Shown: positions 46,136 through 61,648, numbered from the stretch's first letter. The stretch: 64,000 nt of DNA from Eledone cirrhosa (GCA_964016885.1 OZ024746.1:78926001-78990000), one strand, 5' to 3'. Made by a program: numbers and translations. The notes: generated by a model from the sequence alone, not told the origin.

Positions 46136-47104
46136 TTAAATATGAAGATATGGACATGTTTTTGTGCATTCATATGTGTATACGTGTTAGCGATTATGGG
46201 GGTTTGTATAGGCGGATGTTTGTGTGTACTTATATATATATATATACGCATACCTGTACGCTGTACGTGTGTATATATTTATGTCTCTGTCTATTCATAT
46301 AATTATGTATGTATACCTATATGTATGAGTATATGTGCCTGTATGTGTGTATTTACGCATGTGTGTGTTTTCACATTATGCGTCCGTATATGTGCATGTA
46401 TGTGTGTATTTACGCATGTGTGTGTTTTCACATATATGTTCGCCAGAAAAATCGATATTAAATCAACGCCAATCGAATGCCTGCAAGATGTTACCGATAG
46501 TAATTAAGTTAAAATCTTAACGAGATTAAGATATATGCTTAGCTTTAATTTGTTGATCGCTTTATCTGTTTGCTCAAGTTTCTTTCCTCTATTTTACCTA
46601 TCCTCAACCTATTCTCTGCTCTTCTTATACTGTTGATGATGATGATTTTAATGTTTTTGCTGTTGATGTTATTTCCGTTGTTATTTTAGTTATTGTTGTT
46701 TTCATATTTGTTGTTTTTGTTATTCTTGTTGTTATTGTCATTGCTAATGCTGTTGTTGTTGTTTTCACGTTTGCTGTTTTTCTTGATGCTATTGTCGTAG
46801 TTGTGTTATTTTGTTGTATTTTATCTGTCGTCAAAATATTCGTTGTTCTTTAATGGTGTTGCTGTTTTCATAAGTGCTGCTATTCTTTTTGTTGATGTTA
46901 TTATTGTCGTTGTTATTGTTACTATTGTTACAGTCATTGCTTTTATTACTCTTCTGGTTGTTACTGTTCATATGACTTTTTCTGCTCAGAATGGTCGATG
47001 GCACAAACACCACATTGAAGATAACGAATTTGTCTTTTACACCTACTTCCCTTCTTCTGATAATTGAGTGCTAAAACTGGTGCATTATCACAAACCCCTT
47101 TCAA

Positions 47105-47305
47105 AACTCAGTTCAAACCCCGCCGAGGTTAACTTTGCCTTTCATCCTTACGGGGTCGATGAAATAAAGCAACAGTAATGCACTGGGATAATTGTTGGCC
47201 TTGTGCCAAAAGTAGAAACAATTATTACAAGGGTGGTGAATTGGCAGTATCGGTAGAAGGTCGGACGCCATGCTTTGCAGCATAGAGTTACGCCCCTTTA
47301 CGGGG
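47105..47305 (+). mobile_element. SINE tail-to-head junction (3' half then 5' half)
   Basis: gttcaaaccccgccgagg...gtagaaacaattatta then gggtggtgaattggcagtatcggtag...tttacgg. Confidence 0.8.
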
Positions 47306-48735
47306 CGATGAATAAAGTATAAATCCAAGGTGGTGAATTGATTGAAATGTTAGTGCGTCGGACTAAATCAGTCGTGTGGTTTAACACCACCACCTGGCAC
47401 TTTGGGTGTCTTTCTCAGAGTCCTCTCTGCTGCAAGCATTTGAGCCAAGTCTCAGGTTTGGAGATAGCGTCCTTCCTCCCTCCCCTCAATCTCACACACC
47501 CTGAAAAGGGTCATGGGCACTGCCTTTCTCTGACTAAACAGAATCAATCCCATAAAAGTAAAAAGAAAAGAAAAGCATGTAAGTCCCTACCATATTTGTA
47601 TTTACTATGTACATGCCTTTCTTTCTTCCACCTATCTCGCAGATCCTGAAAAAAGTATCTACCTTATCTGCATTAGTATGTAGAACGTTGTCCTGAGGTA
47701 TTTTCTCTCAGCTATATTGTTCAAAATTGATAGTTTAGTGTGTGTACCAACTAGGCAATTTTACAAATAATTTACGCGATTATTATTTCTCAGTTGAAAT
47801 TTGCAGAAGAGTGAGATTTAGTAATGCTCTGGTAAACAAAATTTATTTGGCAATTCATTGTGCTTGATAGGTCATACAACTGGTTAATAGAAGTCATAAA
47901 TATGTTGGTTGTGCACTAGTTACTTTATATAGTTTACATACATTGGAAAATATCACGGATTGACGTCAATTTATAGAGGCAAAACTAATGGATTCTATGT
48001 AATAAGCATGACATTTAACAAGACGTAGAAAGAAAGGATAAGAGAACAACAATGAAAGCGGGAGGCGTAGAAACCGCGGCGTTTCTTAACGTTCCACACC
48101 ACATAAGTCCGCATTAGTAAGACATTCTTGAAAATATATAAAACAGCTCTATGACTATGACTGAATTACTTTTAAAAAAAAAACGCCTTTAATCTAATAT
48201 TACAAATTTTGCAACGTTCTGTCCACTTGTAAAGATACTATAAACATTCAAATTAACAAACCTAGTTTTTAAATATTTCCTACTAAACCATTACAAGGTG
48301 TTAAGCGTTATAGACAAACTAAACTTGTAGCAATTCCATTTAGCTGCCAAAATTAATTTGCGGTTAAGAATAATAATGAAAAAATAAACAAACCTAGCGC
48401 CTCTTATTAACCTGAGGAGTGTACGGAGTGTGAAGCATACATATACATAAAGATGCACATATACACAGCGAATGTGAACCCGCACCTACTTGTTGGTGTA
48501 AATTAAGTTTATTCCAACAGAATCTGACAGGTGGGAGGTGGGAAGAATTCAAATTACTGAATCGTGAAATTAGTGAGCTTTTGACAGCTAGGATTCTTCG
48601 AATAGCTCAAGTGAAAATCAAAAGACACTCGATCTATTCCTAAGTGAGGGAGAGAGGGCAAGAGAGGGCAAGAGAGGGCTTGTGTGTGTGTGTGTATGTC
48701 TGTGTGTGTGTGTGTATGTGTCTGTGTGTGTGTGC

Positions 48736-48827
<92 letters not shown>

Positions 48828-48857
48828 CAAATCTTTGTATTAATATTTCGTGTTATT

Positions 48858-50040
48858 AGAGCGGAGAATTGGCATTCAGTAGAGCGTCCGACAAATGTTT
48901 AGCAGTATTTGTTCTGGCTCTTTACGTTCTGAGTTCAAATTCCATCGAGGTCAACTTTGCTTTTCATTTTTTCAAAGTCGAAGAAATAAAGTCCCAGTTA
49001 AGTTCTGAGACGATATAATCGATTTTTCCATCTCCTAAGAATTGCTGGCATTGTGCCTGAATTAGAAATTATTTAGAGAGTAGTGGCGGTATCATTACAG
49101 CGTCGGTATAAATGCTTCTTAGCGCTTAGTAACGGCCCTTTATGTTTTGTGTTCAAATCCCGCAGAAGTCTACTTTGCCTTTCATCCTTCAGGAGTCGAT
49201 AACATAGAGTACCAGTCAAGTACTGGAGTCAATTTCATTGACTTTCCTCTTCCCCCAAATTGCTGGTCGTATGCCAACATCAGAAATAATTATTACTTCG
49301 TGGTATTTGTTCTGGCTTTCTGAGCTCTGAATTTAAATCCCGCCGAAGACAACTTGCCTTTCATCCTTCAGAGTCGATAAAATAAAGTATGTCAAGTATT
49401 GAGGTCAAATTGAAAGTCTTGCTGTCTCTCTACAATTGTTGGTCTTGTGCCTAAATTAGAAACCATTATGAAGCATAGATTAGAAAATTTGTTCGAACGT
49501 CGAACAAAATGATTCGCGGCATTTACTTACGACCCATTACCTATTGAGGTCAAATTCCACCGAGATCAACTCTGCTTTTCATCCTTACACGCTCGATAAA
49601 ATAAAGTACCAGTAAAGTAAAGGAGTAGATTTAATAAACTTTCCTCTCCACCAAAATTGCTGGCCTTGTGCCTAAATCAGAACCTATTATTGTTAAAGGT
49701 GGTGGATTAGCAGAATCGTTAGAATGTCGGACAAAATGTTTTGTGGTACATGTTCCGACTCTTTACGTCCTGACTTCAAATACCACCGAGGTAAAATTAA
49801 CCTTTCATCCTTTCGGGGATTGTTAACATAAAGTACGAGTCTATTAGTAATGTCAATTTAATCGATTCCTCTCCCCCAAACTGCAGGGCTGGTGCCTAAA
49901 TTAGAAACCAAGAAACCATTATTATTCTATAACCGCCGAGGTTAACTTTGCCTTTATTCCTTATGGGGTCGATAAAATAAAGTACCAGTAATGCACTGGA
50001 TAATTGCTGGTCTTGTGCCAAAAGTAGAAACAATTATTAT
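48858..50040 (+). mobile_element. Head-to-tail array of about six diverged ~200-bp SINE units
   Basis: Repeated gttcaaat.cc / cctttcatcctt..gtcgataa / gctggtcttgtgccta motifs at ~200-bp spacing. Confidence 0.85.
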
Positions 50041-50373
50041 ACTACAAATATCTTTACATTTATTTAGTAGCTATTATTCAGTATTCAATATTCGGAAATA
50101 GCATTTGATCTAAGATTTAATCTATGGAATAAGTCTGTTCTTTTCTTCTTTCGCTCTCTCCCCCTCTTGACTTCTCTCTCTCTCTATCTCTCTCTCCCTC
50201 TCTCTCTCTTCTTCACTGACCGCTCTTCCATTCATAAGGAGTTTGTTAACCTGATTCTTTACTATGATCACTTATAGCAGATGGCTGTTTTACAGCTATT
50301 TCTGCGTTGAGTTCGTTACACTTCTATGGAATACATATACACTCAACGCCCCAAATAATTTTATATTATGTTG

Positions 50374-50484
<111 letters not shown>

Positions 50485-50563
50485 GTATATATATATATGT
50501 ATATATATATATATAGAGAGAGAGAGAAAGAGAAAGAGAAAGAAGGCGAGTGAAAAAGAGAGA

Positions 50564-50605
<42 letters not shown>

Positions 50606-50964
50606 TTTGTTATTTTAACATGAAACTCAATCAATCAATGTTCAATACGCGTTCAATATGTTTCAACTGTCAAATATATCAAATATATCAAATATATCAA
50701 ATATATAGCCACGTCGCTCTGAATAAAAACAAGCTCTGACATAAGAAGAATGAGACGCAATTACCAGTTGCTTCTTCGACACAGATATAGACATCGATAT
50801 AGTCAGTGAAATGGTTCGTCTTTTTTCACAAGTTGGACTTCTTTCTCCAGTTTTCTACTTTTTCATTATTTCTATGAATCACGTAAACGATAAGGGCTCT
50901 CCATAAAGAAAAATAGCACACGCAGACACACACACACAAACATATATATATATATATATATACA

Positions 50965-51000
<36 letters not shown>

Positions 51001-51002
51001 CA

Positions 51003-51062
<60 letters not shown>

Positions 51063-51142
51063 TATACATATATATACATATATATATATTTATATATATA
51101 TACATATATATATATATATACATATATATATACATATATATT

Positions 51143-51192
<50 letters not shown>

Positions 51193-51277
51193 CATATATA
51201 TACATATATTTATATATATACATATATATACATATATTTATATATATACATATTTATATATATACATATATACACAT

Positions 51278-51368
<91 letters not shown>

Positions 51369-51414
51369 CACACACACACATATATATATATACATAGGCG
51401 TGTGCATGTATATA

Positions 51415-51513
<99 letters not shown>

Positions 51514-52868
51514 GGATTCTCATTCAGTACAGTAGTAATTCATTAACGCATTTGTTCAGATTGATCAATACTGAAGTGTCTTTTAAGTGAAGAAAAAAGG
51601 AGAAAAGAACAAATAAAGTATAAAGGAAACAACACCACCAGCAACAACAACAACAACAGGTTATATCAAGGAGCCATGATAAAAAACAACTAAAAAAGCT
51701 AAGCCAAGACAACACAAGATAGAAACTCAGTATTCTTGTACATAAAAATAGGGGGGATGAAAGCCGTTCCGGACTAAATGACTTGCTGTAATCCGTTATC
51801 AATGAATTATGTTTTGAACCTTCATCGTTTACGACGATGAGTGTTCGAGTTGTTCGAACAACAGCTTGTAAGTGAAGCATTCCATCAATATATGTACTTT
51901 TAAGGTAGCTTTCAGGGCGATTCAACGTGGTACAATGTGTGAGAAATGTGGCCCTTTCAATTACAATACAACTCATTTTTTCCAGTTAATTGAACTGGCG
52001 CAACTAGAAATAAAGTGTCTTGTTCAAGCATACAACGCGCTGCCGGGAATCGAGTTGACGATCTTACGCTTGTCAGCCGAACAACCCTAACTTCTATGCC
52101 ACGTGATTTCATTAAATAATATACAATATAATGACTCTAATTTCATCTCGACTATACCTAGCCCCCATAATTCATAAGACTAACCCAGTACCATGTCAGT
52201 ACTAGGGGTCCGTCAATTTCTTTTTACTATAGTAGAGCGAAAGATTGAAATTGGGTTGCGATGGGTGTCGAAATATATGAAAACCTAGAGGGTTGGCCAT
52301 GGATAATACGACCCTGACTGTGCCCAATGTTCATAACTTTGTACAATGTAGTCTTACATACATTGTATCTAGGAAAATATGCAGTACTCATACTTTAAAA
52401 TAAACCAAATTATTGTTTGAGAATAGACGGCAAATTGGCAGAGACGTTAGAACATTGGATAGACTGCTTTGTGGTATTCATTCCGACTCTTGCTCTCTCA
52501 GTTCAAATTTGCCTTTCATCCTTTCGAGATTGATAGAAAAGTAAGTCTGGTACTGGGGTAGACTCTTCCTCTATACCTCTTTCTCGCATTCTCTATCCTT
52601 CACTTGAAGGATTTTGCTGTGTCCAGTCCTGGAGAAAAGATACGCTCCGTCAGGTTTAAATATGCTGTTCAACAAAAAAGACATTGGAGGTAAATATACG
52701 ACAAACTTACGGAGCAAAAATACACGATGTGAAGTGATCATAAAAAAAATTATAATCGTTGGCGCAGTTCTGTCATAAATATTTTAATGATAAAGAATAC
52801 AATAATAGCTTACACTCCAAAGCACCTTGTATTACTTATTTCGTCATTGATAACATTAGTCACGGTTG

Positions 52869-53171
52869 GATATTGTTGACAATTGACAGAATTCTTTTAT
52901 TCTTGTATCGTTTTCAGTCACCAGACTGCAGTCATGCTGGGCCACCAGTTTAAAGTCGATTATAAAGGGCACCAATACTTTTTTAAAAATCAAATCTGGT
53001 GCTTATTTTATCGATCTCGTTTTGTCGAACAGCTAATTACGAGGCACAGACCCAGACAAAAACATTATATATATATATGTGTGTATGTGTGGATGGGTGG
53101 GTGTGTGTATATACGTATGTATGAGTATGAGTGTGTGCGTGTGCTGGGTGTGGAATGTATAATACAATACA

Positions 53172-53221
<50 letters not shown>

Positions 53222-53507
53222 TATATTATATTATACATTCCACACCCAGCACACGCACACACTCATACTCATACATACGTATATACACATACACACATAT
53301 ATATATATAGCGTCTTTGTCTGGGTCTGTGCCTCGTAATTAGGTGTTCGACAAAACGAGATCGATAAAATAAGCACCAGATTTGATTTTTAAAAAAGTAT
53401 TGGTGCCCTTTATAATCGACTTTAAACTGGTGGCCCAGCATGACTGCAGTCTGGTGACTGAAAACGATACAAGAATAAAAGAATTCTGTGTCAATTGTCA
53501 ACAATAT
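52869..53507. repeat. ~300-bp inverted duplication centred on a (TA)n tract
   Basis: 52871-53165 mirrored at ~53228-53506 with few differences; extra partial copy at 53510-53538. Confidence 0.9.
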
Positions 53508-53579
53508 TCAGCTGTTCGACAAAACGAGATCGATAAAATCGATTATATATATATATATACATATATGTATATATATAAT

Positions 53580-53650
<71 letters not shown>

Positions 53651-54551
53651 TTAGTTATACTATTTATGGTTATGTAAATACAAAACCTTAAGCAGTTGTA
53701 AGTATTTTACACACACCCTAAATAGTGGTAGGCAGTAATGTATTACTACCTTATTACCAGTAAGTTAAGTAGCTCAATGTAAAAACATCAGATGATTTAT
53801 TTCATATATATATATATATTAATATATATATATAATTATACGACGGGCTTCAGTTTCCGTCTACCAAAATCTATGTTCAAAGCTCTAGTCAACCCAAGGT
53901 ACTTGTCTAAGGTGACACACAGTGAGATTAAACCCGAAACCACGTGGTTGTGAAGTGAACTCCTTCATCACATAGCTATGTTTGCAACCATGTCTAATGA
54001 GTGACATAGTAATGAACAATTTGACTTCCAGTGAGTTTTTAAATATGACATATGTTGTCAAGTGTGTTTATGTGTAGTGGACATCTGTTGGTTCCGACGA
54101 TAAGTGTTCCTCTCATCCGTACAATGGAACCTCTTTCTCGCGACATTAACGGGCAAGTGGCTGGGCATTCCACAGATACGTGTACCCTTAACGTTATTCT
54201 CAAGGAGATTGAATTTTGTATAGTGTGTGACGAGACAGGAATTTTAGAATACAGGTACAATTCTTTTTTTCCAGCTGAGTTGATTGGAGCAGCGTGAAAA
54301 TATGCGTTGCTGGAGGATACAAGGAGCCACCGGGAATCGAACTCATGACCTAATGATCGTTAGCCGAACACCCTAACCACTAAACCAAGCGCTTTCACAT
54401 CTGTTCCCATATGACTTCCTTAACTAAGTAAACTTACTTAAGAAGTTTACGTACTCACATAAAGTCAAAAAATTATGTATTGAAAAAGTCAATACGAGTG
54501 GATATGGATTAACTAACATCTAATATACCCGCTATTCGAATCCACTGAAGA

Positions 54552-55200
54552 CAGAGCCGTCGTTACCACTAAGGCCAACTAGGCAGCTATCTAGGGCGCA
54601 CACCTCAGCGAGACGCATTACTGAACTTTAAAGGACCACTGTTTTATATAAATCTGTATAATTAACTTAATATATAATTGTTTCTACTTTAGGCACAAGG
54701 CCAGCAATTACCCAGTGCATTAGTGGTACTTTATTTTATCGACCCCGTAAGGATGAAAGGCAAAGTCAACCTCGGCGGGATTTGAACTCAGATCGTAAAG
54801 GGGCGTAACTATGCTGGAAAGCATGGCGTCCGACCCTCTACCGATACTACCAATCCACCGCCCTAAACTTAATATATAATGATTTCCTGTGGTCAATAAC
54901 TACATTAGTAAACAGCATTGCCGCGTCGCAGTATTGTTGAAATACCCAAAACAGTGGAGGGGGGGGGGGTATAGTATTAAAGGTGTTACATGTTTTGGCG
55001 TGGGCAAATGTAGTTAAAAATGTAGGTTAAATAATTTTCTTAGAGTGGTTAAAGTAAGAAGTGTCACAAAATAGGTTTGTCAGTTTAGTACACTGTGAAT
55101 TGAAAATATTTTATTGGGGGAAAATGTGGTGCATAACTGAGAGAAGTGGTGCATATTGTAGCGCTAACATAGAAGCACTAAATACATGCTGACGGTTCTG
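54552..55200. mobile_element. Possible hAT-type MITE containing a SINE
   Basis: Ends CAGAGCCGTC and GACGGTTCTG with subterminal taggcagctatctagggcgc; no 8-bp TSD seen. Confidence 0.35.
54675..54865 (-). mobile_element. tRNA-derived SINE, full length
   Basis: Reverse complement of the 35186 family. Confidence 0.9.
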
Positions 55201-55714
55201 TGTTCACCAATTATTGAATGTATGGTGAGTTACATAATTATGCTCAATTTAACTTCCAGTGAGCTTTTATATATAGCATGTTTCATGTATCTTAGTTAAA
55301 TAACAGTTGGGTGTCTCCGCACTCAATAAACACAGATGCTCTAATAATGAAGTATAGAAGCAAGCCTACATAAATAGATATGGACCACCTAACATTTAAT
55401 GTTTTTTGTTCAAATCCACAGCAGGTGTGCTTTTCTTTGTGTATCAGTGAAACAATTCGCCTCAGTTCACCAAATATATGGTGAATATATTTTGTAAGAA
55501 GCTGACATCTCTCATCAGGGGTTCAATTATTTTTCGTTCACTCAATCACAAAAAGAAAAAAAAAAAAACATTATTGGCTCATAAGAGAACCTCTTGCAGA
55601 TTTATACAACATTTGCATTGCGTTGATATTTACATTTATATTATATTTAAGGCACGTGGTAAACTGGTTAGGGTATTTGGCACACCAGTGACTGTGGCTT
55701 AGTTCGGCTCATAC

Positions 55715-55832
55715 TGTCGAAAGCGCTGGAGCTCAGCCGTCGGGGTCCTGACTGTCTTCCTATTACCCACTCTACTAACCTAAGTATTGAGTACTCTGGT
55801 GCATTATGGTACACCTGGTATCTTACCACACC
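55715..55832 (+). mobile_element. Penelope pLTR fragment (33.7-kb family)
   Basis: gtcgaaagcgctggagctcagccgtcggggtcc...cctattacccactctacta. Confidence 0.7.
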
Positions 55833-55837
55833 CTCTT

Positions 55838-56270
<433 letters not shown>

Positions 56271-56549
56271 GAAAAAATGGGGAGAAGAATACTGCAGGTT
56301 GCACATGGATAACATGTAATAAAATAAGTCCCTCATCAGTGATTTGCCGACGATCATAGATATTTCATTGCATTAAAAATCATATACCTCACGTCGGTGC
56401 AATAATAACTAAATTAAGTTATCAGGACAATTAAAACGCGTAAAGCCAGTGAGACAAGATAACAACAAAGAGGATAGCTAACCGTAGAAGGAAGGGAACA
56501 AGCTTCATAGTTATTCTGTTAGCATAAGCTAGGTGAATATATGAGCGCT

Positions 56550-56730
56550 TAGAAAAAAGCTTCTTCCAGCGGGTCATGTTAGAAGCCAGAGATCCGTCCA
56601 GAGATCTTGATAGCAGGTGTGGAGGAGGTTTTTTTTCACGAATTCGGTGGGTTGTCTGCCAGAACACTTTATTTATTGATCTGAAGTCGGATGCCAGCTT
56701 AACCCCAAAGTCCTCTCACGTTTTAACTTT
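56550..56730 (-). pseudogene. RTE-clade LINE fragment (EN-RT linker)
   Basis: KT*EDFGVKLASDFRSINKVFWQTTHRIR...DGSL...RWKKLF, similar to the WEEFG..DF....FWQT.RRL..RWKEYF pattern of RTE ORFs. Confidence 0.6.
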
Positions 56731-57003
56731 GCACACCATTACTTGCCTGCTGCGATTTTTTGTGGAGGACTTATATAAATGTGTCTGTGCGTATTTAAGT
56801 ATGTTTATATAAATGTATACATTACGGCTGACCTACGCACTGAACATTCATGGAAATATTCACACAATACAAAGAAAAATGACAAAAAGCAATTCACATA
56901 AAACGAAAAATAAATAACTTACATACAGATATAGTAAATCCATTTAAACAATCATATGACTTTATGCATCTGTGATTGTACGTTCGTGTTATATATACAT
57001 ACA

Positions 57004-57064
<61 letters not shown>

Positions 57065-57088
57065 GCGTATATACACACATACACACAC

Positions 57089-57164
<76 letters not shown>

Positions 57165-57270
57165 TTGTGTGTAGACAAAGAACAAAACAAAAACAAGCAG
57201 TGCAGTACAAACAGTGTTGATGGTTCACGCTTTTATATATACATATATATATATATATATACATATATAC

Positions 57271-57341
<71 letters not shown>

Positions 57342-57807
57342 GGGGGTAATATTAAATATCCAATTACAAGTATGAGAATAGCTCAATGTAAAATAACAAG
57401 TATATTACAGAGCCGAAATACTTTATAAATAACAATCAACGAGTGTTTAGAACATTTAATCAGTTACGATTGTTTCAACCTAAACAAGGGTCTATGAAAT
57501 AGAATCATGCTCAATACTTAAATAACACAGTAAAAGTTTATAAAAGTTATAAGAAAGGAATGACACGTCATACCCGGACATCTATTGTACAGGTTATGGC
57601 ATGATTATATGGTGACTTATTTTGAAATATAGACTTTCTGATACTCCCTATACATACACACGCACCAACAGGCACCCATACACACGCACACACTCACACA
57701 CGCACATACCCACCCATACACACATACAAACATATATATATATACATAAATATGTATGTGTTTATCTGAAAAAAAAAAGTCTAAAGTCTGTCTTAAGGCA
57801 GAAGGGT

Positions 57808-58161
<354 letters not shown>

Positions 58162-58559
58162 CCTTATCGAGACCTCTTTGGATTTTAGTCTTCAAATTTA
58201 TTATTATTACAAATTTATTATTATAAGTTCTGTGAAATCGTAGACGAGAGAGAGAAAAGGGGAACCAGCCTGGTCCAGCGTGCGAGAGAAAAGAATTACG
58301 CACAGGTCAAACGGGAGGAAGTAGGAGAGGTAGTAGCAGAGAATGACTGAGTGAAGGGTGAGGAAGAGGCTAACAGAGAGAGTGACTGTTAGAGAGGGTA
58401 AAGATACAGAGAAAGAGGAAGCAGTAAGAACGAAATAGACGGGTCACAGCGGGGGAAAATATATGTGTGAATATGAGAACAAACATGCTGCATATATATA
58501 TATATATATATATATATACGATATTAAATAAATGGAAACTATATTTATAAAACCATATT

Positions 58560-58625
58560 TATTTCATTATATATATTTCAGGGATATCATATTAACAATA
58601 TGCTATGCCTTCCTCAGACAAAATA
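58560..58625 (-). ncRNA. Type I hammerhead in the Penelope 3' region (sense)
   Basis: Reverse complement of 61456-61521. Confidence 0.78.
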
Positions 58626-59296
58626 CAACATTCTCATTGTGCTATAAAAATTTAAGTATACATATATGTGTATATATATACACACATATATATATAGAGT
58701 CTATATTACTACTATTGTCTTTACTCTACAAGATTATCTATCAAGCAGAAATAGAGAGCAGATTTCAATATATTAATAAAAAAATATATATCAGAAACAA
58801 AACCAAAAAATAACAATAATAATAATAATAATAAATAATAATAAAATAGAAAACTAAAAAATATTACGAAAGAATATTACATATTAAAAATATTACATAT
58901 TAAAAATAAAAATATTAGAAAATACTACAATAATAAAAATAAACCACAAAGATCAACCCTTCAAAATTAATTGACAATATATTGCCAAGTTCATTATAAG
59001 CATCAGAGTCGAAAAACAGATAAAGCTAAAAATTATTTATCAAATCGCATCTAGCAAAAATCATTTCAAAAAGTTTAGGATGCCCATTTGGTCTACATGT
59101 GTTCTTATATTTAATATAGAAGTTTATCTAGTGTAACGTTTATTCGAAATATTTGGAGCATCAACTTTTAGGGTAGCTTAATTTTTCATGAAGAATGTTT
59201 AAATAAAAATAAAAATAAAAATAAAAAGAAGAAAAAGAAGAAATCGAAAGATTTATCGGCTAGTTTCCCATATAATTATAAATCAAACTAAATATA

Positions 59297-61095
59297 CTAC
59301 ATTTTAAATTTAAATTTATATTTAAAAGTTGAGTTTAATCTATGTTTGCAGCAACTGAATAAATTTGTCCGTAGATTAAGGGAATTTTTAGATTTTAGTA
59401 TAAAGAATATCTCCTCTGCGCAGAGGTCACATGTCTCAGAGGATGAATTAAAAGGAATCCCTCTTGAGACTATATTCCAAGCCGTCGAATATCTAACGTT
59501 ATCTAGCTTAAGTTGCCAGAGTACGCCTGATAGTGCCGTTGAAGATTTTTTGCTTGGATCTGTGAAAGAATTCTTGTGGTTATTATAGCGAAGTTTAAAT
59601 TCCGTCGATGTGGAACCGACGTAGTTAAAAGAATTAGAGTCAGTTTTAACATTACACTTGTATACTATATTTTTAACTAAGCAGTTGTTATTTAACGGAC
59701 ATTTAGATCTATCTCTACAGTTACATTTGTTAACTTGTATATTATTTATGCTATTATCACTAGGTTTTAAGTTCCTATTATTTATTCTATTAATATTTTG
59801 TGCTAAATTTTTGGTGGATGAGTAGGTTAATTTTATAGTATGTCTATTGAAAATTGAGTGATACCTATGTGTTCTAGGGAAGCGATTATCAAGAGCTTTA
59901 AAAAATAGTTTAGCGATGTGGCTTTTAATGTTTAGTGAGAAAGGGGGGGCAAACCAAATTATGTTCCTAGTTCTATTTCTTTTTTGGCCTTTGGAATTAT
60001 TGTAATGCTTTCTATTATAGTTGTTAATGTTGTTGCCGTAATTAAAATAGTTGTTATTTTGTTTAGTTTGTCTATCATTATCTATGTACATAATCTTATC
60101 AGTATATCCTGCTCTAGCTAATGCTTCATTGTAGTATTGGGCTTTTTCGTCGAAAATCTTTCTATTCGACGAGATCCTAGAGATACGTTTTTGAACAGAG
60201 TTTACTATAGTGTTTTTGACAGATCTGGGTGGTTAGAGTTAAAGTTGACATAGTTTAAGTTTTCATTCAACTTGTGAAAAGGATAGTGAAGACATGTGTT
60301 GAGATTTAATGTTATATCTAGGAAATTGACTATTCTATGGTTGTTCTCAATTTCTATTTTAAGATTAAAGTAATTAAAAAATTGTGAAATTTGTTTACAT
60401 TTTCTATTTAGTTCAGAGTTATTATTATCAATAAGTAAAAGCATGTCATCTCTATATAAACCTCCGGTAGTACCAGGTATTTTCCTATGTAGCGAATTGA
60501 TTAAAAATAAGCCCACAAGGTCAGTTACCTGAGCTGAGTCGGATGATCCCATAGTAATGTCAAAATTGCTATCTCTATCTGCTCTGGTCCATAGTTGGTC
60601 ATTAAATTCTATCAAAGTTTTCCTAGCCGATAATATAATATGCATTTCATTGCTAGTTAGGTCAGTATGTTTGAATGCGTAATTTAGTGCCTTATTTAGT
60701 AGATTAGAGGTAATAGAAGAATAATAGTTAGCAATATCAAGTTGAATAAACTTATTATTATTGTTATATTTAATTTGCTTAAACCACTCAACAACCTCTC
60801 CAGTTCCCTTCCACAAGCTCAGGTTAGATAAACAATCCAAGTTCTTAATTTGCTGTATCACCCTGTCAAGAATGTTTTTGCTTAATTTGCCCAGGTCCGA
60901 TTTTGATGGCGCGATCAATCTAACTGGCAAGTCATTTTCAAAATTCCTCTTGTGATCTTTCATATTGATCTTCGGTTTCCTGGGCACGAAAGGTTGTGTT
61001 CTGTTCTCAATTTCCAACTCGTGCATTATACAAGATGCTTCGACATTCATTTTCTCAAGCTCGGCCTTATCTGCTACCTTGTACTTTTTCCTCTA
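59297..61095 (-). pseudogene. Penelope-like reverse transcriptase plus GIY-YIG endonuclease, 5'-truncated, single frameshift
   Basis: PVRLIAPSKSDLGK, QLDIANYYSSI, FDITMGSSDSAQVTDLVG, GLYRDDML, NFLDI, SNHP; a shift near 60225 restores SVKNTIVNSVQKRIS...YYNEAL; then IIWFAPPF, CNCRDRSKCPL, IVYKC, YVGST, FKLRYNNH, CDLC, CKHR. Confidence 0.95.
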
Positions 61096-61455
61096 AGCTA
61101 AATAAATAAATAAATAAATAAATAAATGTATCATTGATACGTTTACTCAACGGATGTTCCCACTACCTAGTTTTCTATATATATATATATCTATCTCTAT
61201 TTCCTCTCTCTATATATATATATCTCTCTCTGTTTCTTTACATGAAGTTCTTCTCTTTATCTATCTTTCCATCTCTCTATTTTGTTCCATGCATTTCTTC
61301 TTTTTCTTCTTTTTCTTCGCTTTCTGTCTTTCTTTCCTTTTTCTCACTTTCTTTCTCTCTGTGTACAATTTTTTCACTGCCAATTCAACTTTTCAAATAC
61401 AAGTCGATGTTGTACGGTATGTCAAATCTATTTATCTATAAAACTGTTTATATTG

Positions 61456-61521
61456 TATTTTGTCTGAGGAAGGCATAGCATATTGTTAATATGATATCCC
61501 TGAAATATATATAATGAAATA
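61456..61521 (+). ncRNA. Type I hammerhead, intact core
   Basis: tattttgt-CTGAGGA-agg...cct-GAAA-tatata-TA|atgaaata; 8-bp stem I with G-U pairs. Confidence 0.78.
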
Positions 61522-61648
61522 AATATGGTTTTATAAATATAGTTTCCATTTATTTAATATCGTAAATATACTCCAAATATTTGTCGAGTGCTTTTATATC
61601 AGTTATAAATATTTACTAGTTGTAACCCAACAATTTAAATATAACTTT

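Larger units (their letters stand above)
58517..61564 (-). mobile_element. Penelope-like (Naiad-type) element bounded by perfect 112-bp inverted repeats
   Basis: 58517-58628 is the reverse complement of 61453-61564, each with a hammerhead; RT-EN frame inside. Confidence 0.9.

Noticed and set aside
56300-56372. Minus-strand CTGATGA and GAAA as a hammerhead
   Set aside because: Could not form stems II and III in any topology
60205-60230. Programmed frameshift between Penelope RT and EN
   Set aside because: PLEs normally have one ORF and there is no slippery heptamer at the shift; a 1-nt deletion or consensus error is simpler
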